DNA of 45,931 nucleotides, from positions 1-45,931 of the forward strand of contig JAYUEN010000188.1 of the NCBI GenBank assembly GCA_043739185.1. The letters are read 5' to 3'. Every line of letters begins with the position of its first letter. Position 1 is the first letter of the stretch. The notes beneath the pieces were generated by a model. The model ran no database searches, was not told the origin of the DNA, and worked only from the letters and a program-made list of their open reading frames with translations. The translations under genes were made by a program, and so were the position numbers. Source of the DNA: Bdellovibrionales bacterium. GTDB taxonomy: Bacteria > Bdellovibrionota > Bdellovibrionia > Bdellovibrionales > JAMPXM01. Positions 19,773-28,913 of the stretch are shown in pieces.

Positions 19773-20024
19773 AGACATCCCTCGTGGGCGCAAAGCGCAC
19801 CGGAACTAGTGAATTGCAATAATCTGTCCAGAAAATTGGTGTCATTTTGCACTTAGGTCCTAACGGAACAGTGGGCTTTGGTGCCGCTACTATTTTGCTC
19901 AACTTTCGACTAAATATTTGAAAGCCTTTTGTATTTTGGCAAGCGCTTGCTTAAAATAATGAAGTACTGGCAAAATTTAGTGGCCCGCGAGAGTCGATCC
20001 TGGGGTCGATAAAGGCATGTAAAA

Positions 20025-20759
20025 ATGAGACGCAAACATATTGAGAAATTCATTTTAGCACTGACTCTATTTATTGCGGCCTGCGCCTACCGAGTCGATA
20101 AAACTCAAATTGGTAATGGCAATACAACGCTCGGAAAACCTAAAACGCCACTTAATTTTGCAATGGTTGAGGCTGCGGTATTTGAAGCCAAATGTTGCCG
20201 CTGTCATAGCAATGAAACCAAGAATTCTGGTAATTTGAATCTCGAAACCTATGCCAATGTACGTGCGGCACTTTCTGCGATTCAAGATGATATTGTTTCA
20301 GAAACAATGCCGAAAGCTCCAGGTCTGCCACTCTCTGAAGAAGAAAGAGTTATGCTCCTTCAGTGGATTCAAATGGGAGCTCCTGAAGTCGGCCCGGTGA
20401 CCCCAACGCCGACGCCAACTATTACGCCGACACCAACTCCAGCGCCCACACCGGATCCTCCAACACCGGGTTTGATGCCAACATTTAGCTCCATCAATTC
20501 ACTTATTATTCGCGCTAAATGTTTTGATTGTCACAATGCTAACGGTAAAGCGAGTGATGCTCCATTTGAAAAATATGAAGATATTGTCGCTGGGTTTATT
20601 GTTATTCCGAAACTACCGGATAAAAGTTCGCTGCTAAAACACATTCTCCCGGGTGCCAAAAAATTAATGCCTCCGCCTGATTCTAAATACAATGCCATTG
20701 CGCCTGAGGATGCATTGATTATCAGGCAATGGATTTTGGATGGGGCCTTGAATAATTAA
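20025..20759 (+). CDS. Diheme c-type cytochrome lipoprotein (planctomycete cytochrome C-like domains)
   Basis: Lipobox FIAAC, two CxxCH (CCRCH, CFDCH), each followed by MP...WI..GA; PT-rich linker. Confidence 0.85.
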   Translation: MRRKHIEKFILALTLFIAACAYRVDKTQIGNGNTTLGKPKTPLNFAMVEAAVFEAKCCRCHSNETKNSGNLNLETYANVRAALSAIQDDIVSETMPKAPGLPLSEEERVMLLQWIQMGAPEVGPVTPTPTPTITPTPTPAPTPDPPTPGLMPTFSSINSLIIRAKCFDCHNANGKASDAPFEKYEDIVAGFIVIPKLPDKSSLLKHILPGAKKLMPPPDSKYNAIAPEDALIIRQWILDGALNN

Positions 20760-20772
20760 GATTAGGTAATAG

Positions 20773-20865
20773 ATCAGTTTTCGCGGCAGTCGCAGCTGTC
20801 AATCGTCTTACGGTTTCGGTCCCGGGCGTCCGATTCAGTTTCTGGATCCGCTGCCGCTAACTGAT
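20773..20865 (+). repeat. Dispersed palindromic repeat, copy 1
   Basis: ATCAGTTTTCGCGGCAGTCGCAGCTGTCA...GTTTCGGT...CTGCCGCTAACTGAT; ends can pair; similar to 41724-41799 and 45714-45790. Confidence 0.7.
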
Positions 20866-20908
20866 TGCCGAATGCACTACTCTGAATCTTTCTAGATTTT
20901 AGGGCTAT

Positions 20909-22036
20909 TCAGTCTACCAATTTTCGTGAGTGGGCTTGTTCAAAAGCACTCTTAATTTTTGACATAAGACGGACTTCAAGCTGCCTGACCGCCTCTCGAG
21001 TTGTTCCGTAGTGATCACCAATTTCTTGTAGAGTCATTGGTTCATCTGAAAGTAAGCGATTCTCTAAAATATAAGTTTCTTTGGGACTGAGCTGATCGCG
21101 AATCTCTTCAATATTGTCTATGAGAATTTTCAATTCTTCGCTATGGCCAATTTTATCGTCGGCTCCGAGCTCTTCAATGCTTTCAAAATCAAGCAGGCTA
21201 GTTTTACCATCTTCGCTTACTGGCTGATTGAGGCTGACGTCTCGGCCAGACATTCGATTGGTCATATCTAAAACCTCTTGTTCAGATACTCCCAAGCGAC
21301 TTCCGATCAAAGCAAAATTTGGTTCTTTTCCCATTGCATCGAGGCGCTCTTTTTCTTTTTGCAGACGATAAAATAATTTGCGCTGATTGGCGGTGGTCCC
21401 AATCCGAACCATCGAATACTGGCGCATTAGATACTCTTGAATATAGCCACGTATCCACCAAACAGCATAAGTGATAAGGCGCACTCCTTTATAAGGATTG
21501 AATTCCTTCACCGCATGCATGAGGCCAACATTCCCCTCCTGAATGAGATCAATAAGTTTGGCACCAAATTTGGAGTATTCGGCCGCAACCTTCACCACAA
21601 ATCGCAAATTAGAAGTGACTAGTTTTTCGGCGGCCTTTGAGTCATTGTGCTCCCGGTAGCGAAGCGCCAGCGCTTGCTCTTCTTCCTTTGTCAAAAGCGG
21701 ATATTTTTTTAACTCAGCCAAGTAGGCATTGATTGGATCGAGAGTTGTAAGTGCTTTGTCTTGCGAAGAACTTTTCTTTTTCGGAGCTGAGATCGCTTGT
21801 ATCAAAATATCTTCGGCGTCTTCGGCATTTCCGAGATCAAGAGAGTCGTCAAACTCTGCAATTTTATCGTGGTCTAGGTCATCGTGAACTATATGGTCAA
21901 TGATCTCTGGCTGAACTACGCGTGGTGATTCTTGAGGCTTTGTTGCTATCTTCTCTTGAGGAGCCTTTTCGTTCCTCGATTTGGCCTTCACTGATTTTTT
22001 AGTTGTCTTTTTATCTGTTTTTTTTTCTGTGGCCAT
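20909..22036 (-). CDS. rpoH: RNA polymerase sigma-32 (RpoH)-family sigma factor
   Basis: SNLRFVVKVA, DLIQEGNVGLM.AVK.F.P.KGVRLITYAVWWI, RpoH-box-like TTANQRKLFYRL, region 4 TLQEIG..YG.TREAVRQLE. Confidence 0.88.
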   Translation of the reverse strand: MATEKKTDKKTTKKSVKAKSRNEKAPQEKIATKPQESPRVVQPEIIDHIVHDDLDHDKIAEFDDSLDLGNAEDAEDILIQAISAPKKKSSSQDKALTTLDPINAYLAELKKYPLLTKEEEQALALRYREHNDSKAAEKLVTSNLRFVVKVAAEYSKFGAKLIDLIQEGNVGLMHAVKEFNPYKGVRLITYAVWWIRGYIQEYLMRQYSMVRIGTTANQRKLFYRLQKEKERLDAMGKEPNFALIGSRLGVSEQEVLDMTNRMSGRDVSLNQPVSEDGKTSLLDFESIEELGADDKIGHSEELKILIDNIEEIRDQLSPKETYILENRLLSDEPMTLQEIGDHYGTTREAVRQLEVRLMSKIKSAFEQAHSRKLVD

Positions 22037-22047
22037 AAGTGAAAACT

Positions 22048-22353
22048 CTAGCTTAATGCGCTTGTTAATTTTTTCTGGATGGTGGCCTGGACCATTCCTT
22101 TTACAGGGGTCAAAAGCAAAGGCAAAGTCACTTCGATTTCAACTTTAGCTCCGTCGCCTGTTCCCAGGACTTTTATCTCGGCTTCAAACTTAGATCCCTT
22201 GGCTGCACCAGTCAGCTGCTGTTCATTGAAGCTAATCTTAGCACTTGGATCTAATTTTTTAATATCATGATCCGTTTCTAAAAAATTTTTCACTTTGCTG
22301 AAGGTTTCGCTAATTGAATGCTTAGAGTCGCTTTCTACTTTAAATTTAGGCAT
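22048..22353 (-). CDS. Polyhydroxyalkanoic-acid-system-family small protein
   Basis: 101 aa, MPKFKVE..H, C-terminal V.LPLLL.P.KG.VQ..IQ.KL..AL pattern. Confidence 0.65.
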   Translation of the reverse strand: MPKFKVESDSKHSISETFSKVKNFLETDHDIKKLDPSAKISFNEQQLTGAAKGSKFEAEIKVLGTGDGAKVEIEVTLPLLLTPVKGMVQATIQKKLTSALS

Positions 22354-22498
22354 CTGAATTTCCTCTTTGCTGAATGATGAGAGATCAAATTAACATTGGA
22401 GTGAATCGCAGTGCAACAGCTGTTCTTGGCTCGACGCCTGTGCAAAATCATGTTCGAGAGGTTTGCCAAACAGAGTTAAAATGAGTTAAGCTTCTGAG

Positions 22499-24322
22499 AT
22501 GACTCAATCAAATCAAAAATCCAATCAGAAGTTTGTTCGGGATCTCAAAAGAAGTATTTACTGCGGAAAATTACGCGGCGACAACGCAGGACAAGAAGTC
22601 AATATTATGGGCTGGGTGGCATCCCGTAGAGACCATGGTGGCCTGGTTTTTATTGACATGAGAGATCGAGAAGGCATTGTTCAGGTGGTTTTTGATCCAA
22701 ATCAAGATGCTATGGCTTCGTCTAAAGATTTGCGTTCTGAGTACGTGGTGGCTGTCCGCGGCCATGTGCGAGCGCGTCCTGACGGAATGAAAAATGCGAA
22801 GCTGGCCACCGGTGATGTTGAAGTTGTTGCTTCAAGATGTGAGATACTATCAGTAGCTGCGACTCCGCCCTTTCAAATAAATGATCAGAACGTGAGCGAA
22901 ACGCTTAGATTGAAGTATAGATATCTCGATATTCGCAGTGAACGCTTGCATTTGCATCTTAAAAAACGCCACGACATAGTTCGAACGGCGAGAAATTTTT
23001 TAAGTGATGAAAATTTTTATGAAATCGAAACTCCGATACTTTATAAATCAACGCCAGAGGGTGCGCGCGACTATTTGGTTCCATCGAGAGTAAACCAAGG
23101 TCAGTTCTATGCCTTGCCGCAAAGTCCTCAAACCCTAAAGCAACTTCTCATGATAGGTGGCATCGATCGCTACTTTCAAATGGCGAGATGTTTTCGAGAC
23201 GAAGATTTGCGCGCCGATCGCCAGCCTGAATTCAGTCAAATTGATATTGAAATGAGCTTTGTAGATCAAGACGACGTGATGGAGCTCAACGAAAGACTTG
23301 CACGCAAACTTTGGAAAGAATATCGCGGCGTCGAATTAGGCGCGATTCCTCGCATGACTTTTGATGAGTGTATGAACCGCTATGGTAACGACAAGCCTGA
23401 TCTGCGCTTCGGTCTCGAGCTATGTGATTTATCAGAGGTTGCAGTCGGAACTCAATTTCAAGCCTTCAATGATGTGCTTGCAAAAAAAGGTGCAATCAAA
23501 GGACTGGGCGTCGCTCAGGGCGGGGAATTTTCGCGATCTTTTCTCGATAAATTAACCGATATGGCACGAAAAGCAGGGGCCAAAGGCTTAATTTGGATAA
23601 AAGCCGATGCCAACGGAAAATTAAATACACCGATTTCAAAATTTATGAGCGAAGAGCAGCTTGCTAAGATTTTCAAAAAACTTTGCCCAGATGGCAAAGG
23701 GGTTGGTTTTATAGTTGCAGATCAATTTGAAACGGCATGCGCGGCCCTTTCGACAATTCGTCTTTTCATAGGGGCGGAACTTAAGTTGATTGATACAACT
23801 AAAGATAAATTCTTGTGGGTCATTGATTTTCCGCTTCTTGAGTTTAGTCCTGAGGCCGGCCGCTGGATGGCCAGACACCATCCCTTTACCTCGCCACAAG
23901 ATGAATATTATGATGATCTCGCTCAAGGAAATGAAAAGAACTATGGTGTCATGCTCGCCAAAGCATATGACCTTGTTTGCAATGGTAACGAAATCGCAGG
24001 CGGTAGCATTCGAATTCATCGTTCTGAAGTTCAAGATGCGATGTTTAAGACATTGGGATTCAGCCCTGAAGATGCCAAAAAGCAATTTGGCTTTTTCATC
24101 GAGGCTTTGCAATACGGCACCCCTCCACACGGAGGAATCGCTTGGGGAATTGATCGGCTCGTCATGATTTTGACCAATACCGATGCTATTCGAGATGTTA
24201 TTGCTTTTCCGAAAACTGCAAAGGCCACGGACTTAATGGCTGAAGCACCAAGTTCAGTAAGTCGTGATCAATTGATTGAGCTCGGAATTCGATTAGCAAC
24301 AACGACTGAAACCAAGGCTTAG
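22499..24322 (+). CDS. aspS: Aspartate--tRNA ligase (probably non-discriminating Asp/Asn)
   Basis: RRDHGGLVFID, STPEGARDYLVPSR, LPQSPQ, FRDEDLRADRQPEF, GGSIRIH, PPHGGIAWGIDRL. Confidence 0.98.
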   Translation: MTQSNQKSNQKFVRDLKRSIYCGKLRGDNAGQEVNIMGWVASRRDHGGLVFIDMRDREGIVQVVFDPNQDAMASSKDLRSEYVVAVRGHVRARPDGMKNAKLATGDVEVVASRCEILSVAATPPFQINDQNVSETLRLKYRYLDIRSERLHLHLKKRHDIVRTARNFLSDENFYEIETPILYKSTPEGARDYLVPSRVNQGQFYALPQSPQTLKQLLMIGGIDRYFQMARCFRDEDLRADRQPEFSQIDIEMSFVDQDDVMELNERLARKLWKEYRGVELGAIPRMTFDECMNRYGNDKPDLRFGLELCDLSEVAVGTQFQAFNDVLAKKGAIKGLGVAQGGEFSRSFLDKLTDMARKAGAKGLIWIKADANGKLNTPISKFMSEEQLAKIFKKLCPDGKGVGFIVADQFETACAALSTIRLFIGAELKLIDTTKDKFLWVIDFPLLEFSPEAGRWMARHHPFTSPQDEYYDDLAQGNEKNYGVMLAKAYDLVCNGNEIAGGSIRIHRSEVQDAMFKTLGFSPEDAKKQFGFFIEALQYGTPPHGGIAWGIDRLVMILTNTDAIRDVIAFPKTAKATDLMAEAPSSVSRDQLIELGIRLATTTETKA

Positions 24323-24332
24323 TGCCCGAGTA

Positions 24333-24406
24333 GACCTCTTGCACCTTCAATCCTTGATCGGGAGCGGATTCCTTCATTTTATCTCACGATTAATATGCAA
24401 GAGGTC
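24333..24406. repeat. 74-bp MITE-like element
   Basis: 11-bp perfect inverted repeats GACCTCTTGCA (24333-24343) / TGCAAGAGGTC (24396-24406), just after aspS. Confidence 0.6.
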
Positions 24407-24435
24407 GATTCTTAAAAACTAGTAATTGGTCTTGT

Positions 24436-24462
24436 TGAGTAACAAAATGAGACAGCCGAAGT
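24436..24462 (+). promoter_or_regulatory. Candidate sigma-28 (FliA) promoter
   Basis: TGAG-N15-GCCGAAGT vs consensus TAAA-N15-GCCGATAA. Confidence 0.4.
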
Positions 24463-24546
24463 CATAGTTGAGAGAAATCTATAAAAATTGATTTCAACTT
24501 ATGAAAGTAGAATGCTTTCATCTTTTCCGCTCTACAGGAGGTAGGT

Positions 24547-25011
24547 ATGGAAAAAATTAGTAGCATCTTGCCAGGCTCATCGCGTGTAACATCTGTCGAT
24601 ATGAAAGAGTCCAGTCCGGTTCGCTCCGGAACTCCCGGTTTCGGAAGGGCGGAGGCACAGGCCGGGCGCGAGCGTCCATCTGCAGATACCATCAAGCAGG
24701 CTTCTGAAGCTCAAACCGAAATGCATGACTGGAGAGCGAAAGATCTAAAGCATGCCACAATTGCAAAAGAACTTTCAGATAAGTTCTTCTCGAAAAACAA
24801 AGTAGATAATGAGGATTTGCCAACTCGAAATCAGGAACGACTATCAGGCTTGACTGGTGAAGCCGGATCAAAAATCTCAAAATCGAGAGATATTTTAGAG
24901 GAAAACGAAGAATTGCAAAGCGAAATTGAAGCTGGCATTTCAAATCCTGAGACGCGATCACAACCGGCTGGTCTTCACCCAAAGGGAAGCTTTATCAACT
25001 ACGTGGCTTAG
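24547..25011 (+). CDS. Hypothetical protein (largely disordered)
   Basis: Strong AGGAGG RBS, 154 aa, C-terminal PKGSFINYVA. Confidence 0.8.
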   Translation: MEKISSILPGSSRVTSVDMKESSPVRSGTPGFGRAEAQAGRERPSADTIKQASEAQTEMHDWRAKDLKHATIAKELSDKFFSKNKVDNEDLPTRNQERLSGLTGEAGSKISKSRDILEENEELQSEIEAGISNPETRSQPAGLHPKGSFINYVA

Positions 25012-25037
25012 TAGGTTCTTTCTTCTTTTAGTTGCGC

Positions 25038-26147
25038 CTAAATTATTTGCTCAAGAAGAAATCCATTTTCTTCGAGTGAAGTGATTTTGTGAATGCTGTC
25101 GAGTTGCCTTAGGCCCGAAGAACTGCGCTTAACTACAATAACGTGAGAGAGACTTAATAAAATCAGCGTCCTAACGGCATTTAAACTCCACTGGCTCGCA
25201 CCCAGTTGAATGAGCATTTCGAGCCGCAAAAGTGCTTGCCTGGCCGAATCTGCGTGCATAGTTCCCATACATCCCGAATGCCCGGTCGCAAATGCCATAA
25301 GCAGATCTTTGGCTTCACTTCCACGAATTTCACCCATGACAATTCGATCCGGTCGCATACGGAGAGCTTGTTTTAGCAGCTCTGCTTGATCAATGTCCCT
25401 TAGTAGCTTTTGTGGGTCGTTGCGAGTGAGGATTTTTGTACTTATCGCATTTGGCACCTTGAGTTCACTTGCATCTTCAATAATCACGGCACGCTCATTA
25501 TTAGGGAGCTCTCCCAGGCAAGCATTGAGGACGGAAGTTTTGCCTGATCCGGTAGGGCCTACAACTATGAAATTACATCGTGTCTGAACAGTTTTTTGAA
25601 TCACCGAAATCGCGGAGGCTGTCGCCCAGCTTGCTTTTTCGAGGAGTTTGAGTGTCCAAGGACATTTTGGATGCCTGCGAATACAAACCGAAACTTCCTT
25701 TTGAGTCCCAGGGGGTATGGCAATATGAACTCGAAAGTCTTCGAAGTAACCATCGACAAAAGGGGAATCTAAATTGGCTTGGGTATTTGTTAGTCTTCCT
25801 AAGCGCTCAATAAAATTTCGAAAGGTTAGGGGACTCAAAAAACAGTCGGGAAAGGCTTCAATTTTTCCGGCCTTTTCGAAAAAAATATGGTTCGTACCAT
25901 TGATTAATATTTCACTTACGCTTTCGTCTTCAATAAGTGGTTTAATCGGACCAAAGCCAAAGTATTCATCTAAAATTCGGCCCATCGAATCGCATTGAGT
26001 TTTTTGCAGAAAGCTTTCAATTAGTTTGCGAACGGCAAGATCTTGCTGATCGAGTTTGGAGCTCATGATTTGCATGGGATCGAAACACTCAAGGTTTTGC
26101 AAATCAGAATTAATCTCTTCAACCAATGAAAAAAGCGCTGAGTTCAC
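25038..26147 (-). CDS. cpaF: Flp pilus assembly ATPase CpaF/TadA
   Basis: GFGPIKPLIED..VSEILING, GPTGSGKT, IEDASEL, ALRMRPDRIVMGEIRG, TGHSG. Confidence 0.93.
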   Translation of the reverse strand: MNSALFSLVEEINSDLQNLECFDPMQIMSSKLDQQDLAVRKLIESFLQKTQCDSMGRILDEYFGFGPIKPLIEDESVSEILINGTNHIFFEKAGKIEAFPDCFLSPLTFRNFIERLGRLTNTQANLDSPFVDGYFEDFRVHIAIPPGTQKEVSVCIRRHPKCPWTLKLLEKASWATASAISVIQKTVQTRCNFIVVGPTGSGKTSVLNACLGELPNNERAVIIEDASELKVPNAISTKILTRNDPQKLLRDIDQAELLKQALRMRPDRIVMGEIRGSEAKDLLMAFATGHSGCMGTMHADSARQALLRLEMLIQLGASQWSLNAVRTLILLSLSHVIVVKRSSSGLRQLDSIHKITSLEENGFLLEQII

Positions 26148-27436
26148 GACTCCTCCTCAGTTAAAGACTCCGGCTGAATAACTTCGGGGGTAACAAAAAT
26201 GACAAGTTCAGTTTCATTGTTCTTATATTCTTTGCTTGAAAATAAGTATCCCAAAATTGGTATTTGACTGAGCCAAGGCAAGCCTTCTGAATTTTTAAAC
26301 CATTCGTTTTTCATAAGCCCGCTCAGGGCGATGGTTCGCGATTTCTTTAAGTCAAAATGGCTTTCAATTCGGTTCGTTAATAGGGCCGGAACTCCTTCAA
26401 TCGAGTGACTTGAATCCAACATCGAAACTTCAGTTGTAAGTGCAATGCTCATGCGGCCGGTATGATCTGCGAGGGGACTGACCTTGAGAAGTACGCCGTA
26501 TTTCTTCCAGGTGGTTTCGTGATATTTGAGGTTCATCATTTTAATGGGGATTTCTCCGCCGGCAAGAAACTCAGCATTTTTTCCGGACCGACAAAGCAAA
26601 GTAGGAGCGGCTAGTAAATGTCCTTTTCCTTGGGACTCGAGAGCATTGATTTGTGCATTGACGCTTTCACCGGCGGCGGGCATTTGAAAGCTAGGTAGCA
26701 GACTTGCTGTCGCACTCCCTGGGAAAGCAATTCCTAGGCTGCGACTCAGGTTTTTGCGAATTTCAGCAACCAAAATATTGACGCGAACAAGTGGTTCGAG
26801 TTGAAGCGTGCTCGCATTCTTCTCAATGACAAAGCCAAATTTGCTTAAGACTCTTTCATAACTTGAGTGCAATAAATAGGTGTTTTTATTAAGTGAGATA
26901 CTTGCAAAGGGGGCCACTTGCAGACTGGTAACTGGTAAGTCCGAAGATCTTAAGAGATTTTGAAAATACGTAAGCATTTCACTCTTGGTAGAGTCAGTGA
27001 GACTTGCATGAAAGCGAAAGTTAGAGCCATCGTAATTGTGTTTTGCAAGCTTAAGCCAATCACCTTTGCGAAGTAGGTTGCCGACAATTCGAATTTGCCC
27101 CTTATGTATTTCAATTTGAAGGCCACGCAATTCTCTCAATATAGGAACAAGTTGAGTATAAAGTGAAAACTCTTCGGTCTTTAGTACTTCGACGTGAAAG
27201 GCACCTGATTTGGAGTCGACTTCTACCTCGCCAATATGCTTGCCTACAATGCGAATTGCGGACCCTAAGTCTGAGGCTTTTAATATATTGTTATTTGAAA
27301 AATGAACCTCTCCACGGAGCTTCAAAATTTTTGAACTACCGATAGCAAGGACGATTGATGTGGGGGATTGGGCTTGAGCCCGATCTGCAAAATTGGCGTT
27401 AAAATATAAGCACAAAAGTAGGATGCAACTTCGCAA
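26144..27436 (-). CDS. cpaC: Flp pilus secretin CpaC/RcpA
   Basis: LLAAPTL...SG..AEFLAGGEIPI, WKKYGVLL, GLPWLSQIPILGYLFSS, ETELVIFVTP; TTG 27436 after GGAGG (ORF opens at 27469). Confidence 0.88.
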   Translation of the reverse strand: MRSCILLLCLYFNANFADRAQAQSPTSIVLAIGSSKILKLRGEVHFSNNNILKASDLGSAIRIVGKHIGEVEVDSKSGAFHVEVLKTEEFSLYTQLVPILRELRGLQIEIHKGQIRIVGNLLRKGDWLKLAKHNYDGSNFRFHASLTDSTKSEMLTYFQNLLRSSDLPVTSLQVAPFASISLNKNTYLLHSSYERVLSKFGFVIEKNASTLQLEPLVRVNILVAEIRKNLSRSLGIAFPGSATASLLPSFQMPAAGESVNAQINALESQGKGHLLAAPTLLCRSGKNAEFLAGGEIPIKMMNLKYHETTWKKYGVLLKVSPLADHTGRMSIALTTEVSMLDSSHSIEGVPALLTNRIESHFDLKKSRTIALSGLMKNEWFKNSEGLPWLSQIPILGYLFSSKEYKNNETELVIFVTPEVIQPESLTEEES

Positions 27437-27484
27437 AATCCCTCCCTCCATTTTCAAAATCACGTTCACGAGTTTAATTGGAGA

Positions 27485-27500
27485 AGCAATGTTGGGACCT
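27485..27500 (-). promoter_or_regulatory. Candidate sigma-54 promoter for cpaC-cpaF
   Basis: AGGTCCCAACATTGCT: GG-N10-GC with TTGCT at -12. Confidence 0.35.
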
Positions 27501-27558
27501 GGCCCAGCGAGCTCCAGCTGAGTTTTGAATTATTTTGAATTCGACATTCGGACGAAGC

Positions 27559-28668
27559 TTAAGCTAATTCAAGCTGAAAAGAGGCACTCACTAAATCTGA
27601 GTGAGAAACAAACTTCAATTGGCTATCGTGAAGTCGCAAAAGCGCCTGACAAATACTAAGTCCCAAGCCATTTCCTGATGAATGATGAAAGGCGTTTTCA
27701 TTTAAAGTAAAACTCTTAAGTAAGTTTTGAATTTTTTCAGGCGAGATCGGAGGCGCATGATTTTGAACTTCGATTTCAAAGACTTGTACTTTTCCCTGGG
27801 CCTTGGCTTTTGCACTGACCAATATTTGCGTAGAAGCATTGGCAAATTTCACTGAATTTTCAAAAAGCCGTGAGAAGACATTGCGTAGTATTTTTTCATC
27901 AGCAAAAAAATGGCCGTTCTCAATGTTAAATTTGATGCTTAAATTATTTTTTTGAATCAGCGATTGAAGTGAGCTCGGGACCATAGCTTCAATGAACTTA
28001 GAACTTAACTTTACTTTCTTTACAGGAGTTAAGTGTGACTCGGCCGATAAAAAATCTAAGACATCATTGACTAATATTTCGAGTCGACCAGTCGAGCTTT
28101 GAATTCTTGAGAGAAACTTAGTTTGATCGGCATCGAGTTTTGTCTCCTTCAGCAGATCTGAGAAACTCATGATCGCCGTTAACGGAGTTTTCAATTCGTG
28201 GTTAACCAACATCATAAAATCAGACTTGGCTTTGTCGAGGCTTTTCAATTCAATATTGGCGCGCTCTAAGGCTTTGTTCTTTTCTTTTAGTTCAGCGCCA
28301 ACTTCGAAGCGCTCGACTGCTTTATCAATTGCATTTTCAAGATCAACCGAGTCCCAAGGTTTGGTGACATAACGATAAATTTGTCCGGAATTGATTGCGG
28401 CGATAACTGAATTGACATCGGTATATCCAGTTAAAAGAATGCGAATGGCTTCACTTTGAAGTTGTGTCGATTGAGAAAGAAATTCGACGCCGGTCATATT
28501 CGGCATTCTCTGATCGCTAATGATTACAGTTACTGGATGTTGAGCTAGGATTTTGAGTGCGGCCTCGCCTGAAGTCGCCTTGAAAACCTGATATTTTTTT
28601 CGAAAAAGTCGCTCGAGAGCCTCGACATTATCTAGTTCATCATCTACGCAAAGAATTGAATGCTTCAT
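27559..28668 (-). CDS. Hybrid response regulator/histidine kinase (REC-HisKA-HATPase)
   Basis: ILCVDDE, ISDQRMP, KPW, NHELKTPL, ENSVKF, GNGLGLSIC; degenerate G1 box. Confidence 0.9.
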   Translation of the reverse strand: MKHSILCVDDELDNVEALERLFRKKYQVFKATSGEAALKILAQHPVTVIISDQRMPNMTGVEFLSQSTQLQSEAIRILLTGYTDVNSVIAAINSGQIYRYVTKPWDSVDLENAIDKAVERFEVGAELKEKNKALERANIELKSLDKAKSDFMMLVNHELKTPLTAIMSFSDLLKETKLDADQTKFLSRIQSSTGRLEILVNDVLDFLSAESHLTPVKKVKLSSKFIEAMVPSSLQSLIQKNNLSIKFNIENGHFFADEKILRNVFSRLFENSVKFANASTQILVSAKAKAQGKVQVFEIEVQNHAPPISPEKIQNLLKSFTLNENAFHHSSGNGLGLSICQALLRLHDSQLKFVSHSDLVSASFQLELA

Positions 28669-28825
28669 TTAAAAAACAGTGTAGAATTATACTAAGTGAG
28701 ACGACAACTGCTATTTTCTTTTATGGTTTTTGGTAGTGAGCGATTTTTTTGTTTTTGAATTGGAGTAGGTTCCAGACGTTTACCTAGAAATTTTCGACCT
28801 AGGTCGTGATTGAGCCGAATCGAGT

Positions 28826-28852
28826 CAAGTCTACTTAGGCAATTGTCGATAA
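28826..28852 (+). promoter_or_regulatory. Candidate sigma-28 (FliA) promoter
   Basis: CAAG-N15-GTCGATAA, about 60 bp upstream of ATG 28914. Confidence 0.5.
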
Positions 28853-28913
28853 CTGGGACGTTACCATCGATGTTTCGATATAAGGTAAAAAAGTTATTAA
28901 GGGAGTAATTTGT

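Noticed and set aside
19934..19952. TGGCAAGCGCTTGC as a sigma-54 promoter
   Set aside because: Only 9 nt between GG and GC; sigma-54 needs 10
23515..24228. Several antisense or alternative-frame ORFs within aspS (and likewise in other genes)
   Set aside because: Fully overlap confident CDSs and have no recognisable motifs
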